Part shown: in pieces, positions 7,251 to 14,422 of the stretch
How the letters are laid out: every line of letters starts with the position of its first letter
How positions within the stretch are numbered: the stretch's first letter is position 1
Source of the DNA: Candidatus Bruticola sp.
Lineage (GTDB): Bacteria > Vulcanimicrobiota > Xenobia > Xenobiales > Xenobiaceae
Length of the DNA: 18,983 nt
Reading direction: 5' to 3'
Assembly: GCA_051874735.1 (NCBI GenBank)
Contig: JBJEGD010000007.1
Coordinates: 1-18,983 of the forward strand
Notes under the pieces: model-generated
Seen by the model: only the letters and a program-made list of their open reading frames with translations
Databases searched by the model: none
Told to the model about the DNA's origin: nothing
Position numbers and translations under genes: made by a program

Positions 7251-9293
7251 TTAGTCTTCATCTAGCACTAAATTAGGTATGTTTCCGTTCGCCCATTCTA
7301 AGACGGCCGTCCCTCCGGCCGGCATATCCAGCCAAACATGCTCTCTCCTATCGCTGCTTAACTGTTTAACTGAGGGAACTCCGGTTCCTTCAACCATCGT
7401 CCAAATAGGCATTTCTGCTTGCTTTGCTTCCAATTCCTGCATACGTGTTTTCACATTTTGATCAGCAATGGAATGCATAACCAGCCTAGCTTTACCATCT
7501 TTCATTTTTATCCAACGCCTGCCCACAGCCGGATCGACAACAATGGAATCTAAAATGGCCGGGCTCTTCATCAAAAGTCCAGCAAAACGAACTCCCACAG
7601 AATGAGGTCCCTGACGCAGCGAACGCGGACCATTTATAAAAGCGCTGTCCACAAAAGGATCATCGGTAGCTCCGCCTAAGTTAACTCTGAAAATCTGGTC
7701 TCCATCAATGCGCACCATAATGGATACTAAAGCTCCTGAAAAATTGCTCTTCAGGAAATCCATGGCAAAATAGTATAAGTCGTCGCGCTCTACATCGAAG
7801 CGCATCCAAAACATATTGTCACGTCCCACTACCACAAACTGGCCGGGAGTACCCCCAGGATAAGCGATATCAGAAGTATCAAAAGCTCTCTCGACCGCTC
7901 TGCCGGCTTCAAGTTCTACGGTGGTGCCTGCGAAAGGACGGCAGATATCTTTGGCCCCAATCCACTCTGAGCATCCGTGCAATGAAAGCAAATAATTGAT
8001 CAAGCTTTTCGCTTTGGCATTGGAGCTACTGTTGGAGAAATAATTAATATCTGCAGCTGCGGATCCGGCTAAAGTACCGTAAATATTATTGCCGGTGCAA
8101 TCTTTGAGAGCCAACAAATTTTCTACTACGGAAACTACGCCCAAAATAGAGCGAACCTCTTCTTCAGGACGAGGAGCCAAGCAGTAAGGTATTTTCCCAC
8201 TTAAGGCCAATTTAGCTAACAGTCCCAATCCCTCTTTTTCGGCAGACACTTTAAAATCGTCATTTTTGAGTATTTTATAAGCCTTAACCAGAGCCATAGC
8301 CACATATTGTCGTTCAGGATAAAGCGTAATACCAGCTACTTTTTTGTCAGATTGCGGAACTTGATAATTGCGCAAGCGGTTACTTTCAGTAGCATATGAA
8401 AGGTGAGCTCCGTAAGGATAGTGCTTTGTATCGGGACGAAGGCAAGTAGCTAAACCTCTAGCCAGCTTATCAATTTTGTCTCTCCGATCAGCAGACGGAT
8501 GATAGCTTTCTAAATAGCATAAAGCTAAAACGGCCTGCGAAGCGACATCTGTCCGTCCGAAAATCCAAGCTGGTTCAATGACGCCGTGAACCACACTGCT
8601 TCGTCCGTACACTTTAAGCCATTCATCGACAAAGGATAAATCTTGTTCAGCAGACTTAACTAGCTCATCTGCTAAAGCACCATGACCAGAAACAATCAGC
8701 GCAGCCCTAGATTTTATATGGGCTGCATAAGTTTTTAAAAACAAATCAGCGCCGTAGTCTTTACTACATAAACGCTCTAGCCTATTTAAAGCAGCTTTAT
8801 CAAGAGAGGCTCCGTTCTTACACTGAATTAAATTGTAATAAATGTCAAATAACTCTTGATAACCAGCATCAGACGTTTTTTCTGAGATGACGATCTGGTC
8901 GTTGGAAGAATCGTTAGGCTGCACTACTGCCTTCTTATTTATTGACTGAGCAGCTGGAGCAGACTTCGTCTGTACCGTATATTGCGGAGCGGTCTGGAGA
9001 TCTGACTCTGCAGAACGGGGCCCAGGAGCAGCTAAGGAAGAATCGGCTTTCTTACGACTGTCAGAACCAATTTCCGTTTCGCCGACAGGGGCAGACTCAT
9101 TTTTTTCAGGCAAACTACAACTTTCATCCGTGGGCGCTGCTGAAGTGCTATCAACCGCTTCATGAATACTGTTAACCGGATGAGGAGGAACAAAAAGTTC
9201 GTCATCGTTGTTCTGAGCTACTGCCCATCCAGAATCAGCTAAAACCAGGCCAAGGAAAAGAAAAGCATACTTGCAATATTTGTTCATTTTCAA
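7251..9293 (-). CDS. Secreted protein: low-complexity linker, six-hairpin-glycosidase-like helical domain, CBM6/CBM35-like beta-sandwich
   Basis: Signal peptide ending AVA-Q and an S/P/A/E-rich segment at aa 30-140. Helical repeats such as ALVKAYKILKND and LLALKDCTGNNIY. C-terminal ELEAG...VRIDG...LRQGPHSVGVRF...LDSIVVDP. The ORF is secure; the domain calls are inference. Confidence 0.7.
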   Translation of the reverse strand: MKMNKYCKYAFLFLGLVLADSGWAVAQNNDDELFVPPHPVNSIHEAVDSTSAAPTDESCSLPEKNESAPVGETEIGSDSRKKADSSLAAPGPRSAESDLQTAPQYTVQTKSAPAAQSINKKAVVQPNDSSNDQIVISEKTSDAGYQELFDIYYNLIQCKNGASLDKAALNRLERLCSKDYGADLFLKTYAAHIKSRAALIVSGHGALADELVKSAEQDLSFVDEWLKVYGRSSVVHGVIEPAWIFGRTDVASQAVLALCYLESYHPSADRRDKIDKLARGLATCLRPDTKHYPYGAHLSYATESNRLRNYQVPQSDKKVAGITLYPERQYVAMALVKAYKILKNDDFKVSAEKEGLGLLAKLALSGKIPYCLAPRPEEEVRSILGVVSVVENLLALKDCTGNNIYGTLAGSAAADINYFSNSSSNAKAKSLINYLLSLHGCSEWIGAKDICRPFAGTTVELEAGRAVERAFDTSDIAYPGGTPGQFVVVGRDNMFWMRFDVERDDLYYFAMDFLKSNFSGALVSIMVRIDGDQIFRVNLGGATDDPFVDSAFINGPRSLRQGPHSVGVRFAGLLMKSPAILDSIVVDPAVGRRWIKMKDGKARLVMHSIADQNVKTRMQELEAKQAEMPIWTMVEGTGVPSVKQLSSDRREHVWLDMPAGGTAVLEWANGNIPNLVLDED

Positions 9294-9306
9294 AGCAACT
9301 TTAGGA

Positions 9307-10146
9307 CTACAAATTAGGATAATCTAGGGGGTCTATTTGTTCAGCTGGCTGAGGGGATAAGGCTCCAGAATCGGGTTCTATCATTTTCGGTTGAGCTATT
9401 GCAGATTTCTGACTGTTTGAATCTGAACTTAAATTCTCACTCTCAATCAGAAAGCTGCCCACTACTCGCCCTGCAGCTTCTACTTGATTGGTGCTTAAAT
9501 TAACACGAACCCGCTCACAAGAGAGCCAATCACTTTCATCATCCTCTAAGCGCACATTACCAAAAAGCTCTACAGCAGCGCTGTTACGATCGTATTTGGC
9601 TTTATCAGCAAAAACCCGGCGTTTTCCCTGAATGAAACGAATGGCCCCCTTAGCGTAGCCTATACCTTGAGCCCAGCTATATTCAAATTCATCGGCTTCT
9701 AAATAAGCGGGTTCTGCTGCCCCTAACTCAGCGGTAGATTCATCTGAAGAATTTTTAAGCCTAAATTTTGTTGATACGACCTTAACTCCGCCTTTAAGGA
9801 CGGCCTTTTGATCGGCGTAGTAAACACGCATAGCCCGGCCGCTAACAGACGTGCCAGGCTGATATAACTTTATATTGCCTTGAAAATCGGCAACTTGAGT
9901 ATCGGTATGATACTTGGCAAAAGAAGAAGTCATAACCGCATCGCGGCATGTAAATTTCACATTGCCTATTAGTCTAACTAACTTCTCTTTCTCGCTGTAA
10001 TCACCACGGTCAGAATTTAAAGTAACGGATTGCTTACCCAGCGGAACACTTTCTCTGCTCGGATCAGCTGCTGCCGGGCTCAAACAGTAAAAGCTCAAAC
10101 TGCAAGCTGCAGCCAATGCTGCCAAACAAAGACGAATATTCACCAC
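9307..10146 (-). CDS. LptA/OstA-family periplasmic beta-jellyroll protein with tandem repeats
   Basis: Signal peptide and six repeats of the type (L/F)x(A/S)Dxxx(Y)......GN(V/I)x(L/F), e.g. LNSDRGDYSEKEKLVRLIGNVKF and VFADKAKYDRNSAAVELFGNVRL. GAGGG RBS. Confidence 0.82.
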   Translation of the reverse strand: MVNIRLCLAALAAACSLSFYCLSPAAADPSRESVPLGKQSVTLNSDRGDYSEKEKLVRLIGNVKFTCRDAVMTSSFAKYHTDTQVADFQGNIKLYQPGTSVSGRAMRVYYADQKAVLKGGVKVVSTKFRLKNSSDESTAELGAAEPAYLEADEFEYSWAQGIGYAKGAIRFIQGKRRVFADKAKYDRNSAAVELFGNVRLEDDESDWLSCERVRVNLSTNQVEAAGRVVGSFLIESENLSSDSNSQKSAIAQPKMIEPDSGALSPQPAEQIDPLDYPNL

Positions 10147-10271
10147 AAACCCTCACACTATAGACATAATACAGTCTAAAAATGGCTGGCTGTATTCGCC
10201 GTTAAAGCAGACATACCCCACTAAAAGACCAAATTAATTAAAATATTTGAAGCTGTCTGCCACAAGAACAT

Positions 10272-11069
10272 TCATTTAAAATGAGCCATACAGTACATTA
10301 TCACTGCCCCGGCAGCGGCTACATTGAGAGATTCACTTTTTAAAGCCAAAGGGATATGAACTTTTATATGCTCTTTACTGCGCCAAGATCTATCGACGCC
10401 CTTTACTTCAGCTCCGAGTATTAAAGCCGATTTTTCGGGAAAACTTACTTCATTGATATTGCGTCCACCGTGAGCTTCAGCAGTGATTAAAGAGAAACCG
10501 TTCTCTCTCAACTTCTGGCTCCAATAATCTAGTTCATCTTCAGCTGCCCGCAATACTGGGAGATGAAAAACTCCACCAGCCGCCGAACGCACAGCTCTAG
10601 CATTATAAGGATCAGCCCCTCCACAAACTAAAACGGCTTCAAAATTAAAAGCCAAAGCCGATCGAATTAAAGTGCCTACGTTGCCGGGATCTTGAATCTG
10701 ACTTAACACCAGCAGTCGAGATACCGAAAGAATATTTTCAGCTTCGAACTGAGGCAGTTCAGCTACCGCTAAAACTCCTTGACTAGTTTTAGCGGCAGAA
10801 AGATCTTGCATCAGGGAATCAGAGGCAATCCAAATAGAAGCTTGAGGACGCTGTTTTTTTACTTGCTCAGCCCACTGGAAAGCCTCTGAAGCTATTAAAC
10901 GCTCAGAAATAAGCAGATGCACAATGTCGAGATTAGATGAAAGCAGTTCTTCAACCACTCTTATCCCCTCGACTAAGAAGCGCCCTGTCTCCGCACGATG
11001 TCCGGGAGAATCGAGACGCTTAATTTCTTTTACTAAGCGGCTATGCCGCCCTATAATTTCAAATTCCAT
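10272..11069 (-). CDS. TrmH/SpoU-family RNA 2'-O-methyltransferase
   Basis: N-terminal FLVEG substrate-binding domain and SPOUT motifs QDPGNVGTLIRSA, ILGAExxGV and IP...SESLNVAAAG. Confidence 0.95.
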   Translation of the reverse strand: MEFEIIGRHSRLVKEIKRLDSPGHRAETGRFLVEGIRVVEELLSSNLDIVHLLISERLIASEAFQWAEQVKKQRPQASIWIASDSLMQDLSAAKTSQGVLAVAELPQFEAENILSVSRLLVLSQIQDPGNVGTLIRSALAFNFEAVLVCGGADPYNARAVRSAAGGVFHLPVLRAAEDELDYWSQKLRENGFSLITAEAHGGRNINEVSFPEKSALILGAEVKGVDRSWRSKEHIKVHIPLALKSESLNVAAAGAVIMYCMAHFK

Positions 11070-11072
11070 GTT

Positions 11073-11309
11073 TTACAAATAATCGGATACCCTATACAGC
11101 TTTCCTTCTACTGTTACCGTATCCGAAGGATTGAGATGGCGACCACGCTGCAAGCAGGGCTGCCCGTTAACTTCAACGCAGCCCTGCTGAATGAGCAGTT
11201 TCCCTTCACCACCAGTACCAACAATACCGGCTAGTTTGAGAAACTGCCCTAAACGTATGCAGACATCATAATCTGTAGACTCTTCCCAAGAAGAAAAATC
11301 TGTTTTCAC
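11073..11309 (-). CDS. S4-domain RNA-binding protein (YaaA/YbcJ family)
   Basis: IRLGQFLKLAGIVGTGGEGKLLIQQGCVEVNG..CLQRGRHL..SDTVTV. The start is placed at the in-frame GTG at 11309, 4 nt after the upstream stop, instead of 11369, which would overlap the upstream gene by 56 nt. Confidence 0.9.
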   Translation of the reverse strand: MKTDFSSWEESTDYDVCIRLGQFLKLAGIVGTGGEGKLLIQQGCVEVNGQPCLQRGRHLNPSDTVTVEGKLYRVSDYL

Positions 11310-11313
11310 GATG

Positions 11314-13014
11314 CTACTGTTCAGCCTCTTCTTCAATATAATCTTCGACGGGCAATCCAGCCTGCTCACGACAGGCTTTTACCAATTCATCAATTTCTCT
11401 AGCACCGCGCTGCACTCTAATGGAAGCATCGCGCAGGCCGCGCACTCCCTCTACCAAGTTAATAGAGTTGTGATCAGTTATGAAGAGGCGCAGACGCTCG
11501 ACAGCCTCGAGCATAGCCCTAGCCCCGTTATCTATTTCTGAACGGCTGCTAGCGATTTGGTTCTCAATAACGCGAAGCTGCTCTAACTCTTCTTCATTAA
11601 AATCGGAACTATCGAGTTCAGGCTCAGGAGGCAAATTAATAAGATTGTCTTCGATTAACTTGCAGAACCAATCGAGCACTTCGCCGTACTCTTCTCCAGT
11701 GATGCGCCCTTCAGCAACTTTGTTAACCGCTTCGAAAATAGTGACCAAATTTTTGGTCATAACTAACTCGCCGCCGTACTGCATTTGGCCGCTGTCTTCC
11801 TGGAAATCCATAGTTGAATTCTGCATACCGCTGCCGATAGTTGAACTGAGCATACGGGCACCACAATTAGAACAGGAGCGGTTGGCAGGATCGTTGTAAG
11901 TGCCGCAGTGGATGCAGGGAACTTTCTCAGCTTGCTCGCCTATCTTGTCAAAGTTCTCTTTACTAGCATAGAGAGCGTCGGCAGCCTTATTGAGCAGAGC
12001 CACAGCTTCGTAAAAATCGGCTTCTCCACCCTCAACTGCAGCTTCAAACATACTGATAGCCTTAAAATGATCGTCGAAAGCAGCCCGACAAGCCACCATC
12101 TGCTCACCGATTTCTTCACATTCGTTAGGGATGGAAGCTAGTGATTCGATTTCGCGACGCAAATCATCGATACTAGTGCGGAACTGCTCAAGCGATCTGA
12201 GGAAGGACTCTTTATCAAGGCGGCCATTCTTCCAAGACTTAGCCAAATTAATAATCAGGTTGACCTGAGGCAGTTTGCTATCCCCCTTAGTAGCCAGAGC
12301 CATAGTCAAACTCTCGACAGACTGACGCAAAGATGCACCAGCGTTCACAATATCTTCAATATAAGGCTGCATAGCTTCTGGACCATCGTCCAAAACTTGG
12401 CGGAGCTCCAAAACGGTATCTGCGAAGTCGCAGTAAGCACTCATTAAGCTCTCTTTTTGATAATCGCTGGCTTCTTCGTTAGTATTTACATCGTTGGCGG
12501 CCACTCTGGCATTAACGTAGATATTAACGATAGTGCGCTCGATAGCAGCTTTAGAAACGGCTTCCTGTACAAAGCCGTCGCAAAGACGAACCAATACATT
12601 TATCATGGGCATATTGGTCGGCCCCATCTCGCCTTCTTCTCGAGTATAACCTTCAAAGAGCAGACGTCCGTTGAGACCTACGCTCAAAATAGTATCGTAA
12701 GCCTGCTGGAACATATCATCGCTTTTAGTTTCAATATAGGTAAGAAGATCGCGAAGACCGGCACTATAATCTTCTAAAGCAGATTTGATCTCATTAATTA
12801 TCTCAGGGGGCACAGCCAGACATTCATTGCCGCCTTCTTCAAGTTTAGCTACCACTTCTTTTTTTGTTCTGTCAACGATAGCTAACTGCTCAACTGCAAT
12901 TAAAGCCAATGATTGAAACTCAAACTCACCAGCGCGAGCATGTTCCATTCTGTCTAAAATTGTATTGCAAACTGGGGAAACCGTAGGCGGGATATATCCC
13001 ATATTATCAGACAT
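11314..13014 (-). CDS. Hypothetical acidic all-alpha protein with four internal ~115-130-aa repeats and a CxxC-x10-CxxC zinc ribbon
   Basis: 566-aa ORF with an AGGAGG RBS and CIHCGTYNDPANRSCSNCG at aa 367-385. Repeat starts at about aa 9, 131, 244 and 416. No signal peptide or TM segment. Confidence 0.85.
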   Translation of the reverse strand: MSDNMGYIPPTVSPVCNTILDRMEHARAGEFEFQSLALIAVEQLAIVDRTKKEVVAKLEEGGNECLAVPPEIINEIKSALEDYSAGLRDLLTYIETKSDDMFQQAYDTILSVGLNGRLLFEGYTREEGEMGPTNMPMINVLVRLCDGFVQEAVSKAAIERTIVNIYVNARVAANDVNTNEEASDYQKESLMSAYCDFADTVLELRQVLDDGPEAMQPYIEDIVNAGASLRQSVESLTMALATKGDSKLPQVNLIINLAKSWKNGRLDKESFLRSLEQFRTSIDDLRREIESLASIPNECEEIGEQMVACRAAFDDHFKAISMFEAAVEGGEADFYEAVALLNKAADALYASKENFDKIGEQAEKVPCIHCGTYNDPANRSCSNCGARMLSSTIGSGMQNSTMDFQEDSGQMQYGGELVMTKNLVTIFEAVNKVAEGRITGEEYGEVLDWFCKLIEDNLINLPPEPELDSSDFNEEELEQLRVIENQIASSRSEIDNGARAMLEAVERLRLFITDHNSINLVEGVRGLRDASIRVQRGAREIDELVKACREQAGLPVEDYIEEEAEQ

Positions 13015-13023
13015 GCGATAGAA

Positions 13024-13036
13024 GCCTCCTGAGCTT
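13024..13036 (-). promoter_or_regulatory. RBS-containing 13-nt motif AAGCTCAGGAGGC (copy 1)
   Basis: Lies 9 nt upstream of the ATG at 13014 and is identical to 16027-16039. Confidence 0.7.
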
Positions 13037-13296
13037 TTTTGTTAACGTCGAACTACTGTCAACAAATTACACGATAAAAGATATTTTCCTGTTAAAACAT
13101 ATTCAATTATTTTTTATACTGCGCAGAGATATAAGCTTTTAAAGCGTTAATCACCGCTTTTTTCCCTGCTAGATACAAAATAGTGCGATTAGTTTCAAAT
13201 TATTTATTGTTTTAGTTATACAATGATAAACAGTTTTTAATGACTATTTATCAATTTTATGAAACAATTAAGCGGACAAAAAAAGGGGGGAATTAT

Positions 13297-14418
13297 ATGC
13301 AGCTTAATTTACAATCTGCTAAATACCAGACAAACTGCTCGCCAGATAAGTTAGCTATTTTATGGACGCTTTTATCCTCTGTTAAGGGCTTATCTGAAGC
13401 TAAGCTCAACAGATTAGCCGTTAAACTAGACTTTAATCCCGAACTTGTCAAAGAAGAACTGCAAAGACAAAACGAACAGCGTCCTGAGAGCCGCAAGTAC
13501 GTTTTTCCAACTTTTGATCAAGCCGCCAAACAATGGTACATTCACAGCCGCAAGTATAAAGTAATTTCCATAAATGATAGCAGCTATCCTCAACAGCTGC
13601 TCGATTTAGACGATCCACCTGTCTTGCTGTACTGTCGAGGCAGCGGTTCGTTAAACTTCAGCAGCGTTTCTATTGTCGGATCGAGGCAAGCAGATGGATA
13701 CGGTCAAGCTGTGGCCAGGCAGCTCAGTTCATCCTTAGCCCAATACGGTCTAACTATAGTCAGCGGCTTGGCTTTGGGAGTAGATACCTGCGCCCACCAG
13801 GGAGCTTTAGCGGTGCAAGGATCTACCGCTGCGGTATTAGGCTGCGGTATAAACATATGTTACCCAGTTATCAACCGCAATCTCAGTCAAGCTATCGAAC
13901 AAAACGGATTAATAATTTCCGAATATCCGGAAAATTATCGTCCCATGCCGTACAATTTCCCTTACCGCAATCGTATAATTGCAGCTCTATCAGGGGCGAC
14001 TTTAGTCGTTCAAGCTAAATATAAAAGCGGCGCCATGATTACTGCAGATATAGCCGCTAATTTAGGACGCCAGGTCTTGGCTGTTCCCGGTCAAATCAAT
14101 GTCAGTCAAAGCGAAGGGCCTCTAGAGCTGCTGGCCAACGGAGCTGGATTAGTCAGAAACAGCCTCGATGTTTTAGATAGCTTAGGCCTGATTCTGCCGG
14201 AAAAAACGGACGCTTCCTGCTCAGATCAGCTGATTTTAACTGCGATCGATTCTGATATACTAAAAGCTATCGATAGCAGCGGAACTGATACCAATACTAT
14301 TGCCGAACGTACCTCTTGTCCTATGGGATACTTGGTACTGTCTTTAAGAAAACTTGAATTAGGCGGATACGTGATGCGCTTACCTAACTCTCTATGGATA
14401 AAAACTGGGAGACTTTGA
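13297..14418 (+). CDS. dprA: DNA-processing protein DprA (Smf)
   Basis: Motifs YPQQL..LDDPPVLLYCRG, IVGSR, VSGLALGVDTCAH, FPYRNRIIAALS, SGAMITA and AVPG, with a C-terminal winged-helix-like end (LELGGYV). ATG 13297 is chosen over 13240 because GGGGGG lies 6 nt upstream. Confidence 0.96.
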   Translation: MQLNLQSAKYQTNCSPDKLAILWTLLSSVKGLSEAKLNRLAVKLDFNPELVKEELQRQNEQRPESRKYVFPTFDQAAKQWYIHSRKYKVISINDSSYPQQLLDLDDPPVLLYCRGSGSLNFSSVSIVGSRQADGYGQAVARQLSSSLAQYGLTIVSGLALGVDTCAHQGALAVQGSTAAVLGCGINICYPVINRNLSQAIEQNGLIISEYPENYRPMPYNFPYRNRIIAALSGATLVVQAKYKSGAMITADIAANLGRQVLAVPGQINVSQSEGPLELLANGAGLVRNSLDVLDSLGLILPEKTDASCSDQLILTAIDSDILKAIDSSGTDTNTIAERTSCPMGYLVLSLRKLELGGYVMRLPNSLWIKTGRL

Positions 14419-14422
14419 TAAG

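Noticed and set aside
10168-10196. Imperfect inverted repeat AATACAGTC/GGCTGTATT upstream of the LptA-like gene
   Set aside because: The stem is weak and AT-rich, has a mismatch on the transcribed strand and lacks a U tract.
11310-11369. 20-aa N-terminal extension of the S4 protein overlapping the upstream gene
   Set aside because: The in-frame GTG at 11309 gives a family-typical 78-aa protein without overlap.
13240-13296. 19-aa N-terminal extension of DprA
   Set aside because: The sequence is AT-rich with no RBS before 13240, while a strong G-rich RBS precedes ATG 13297.
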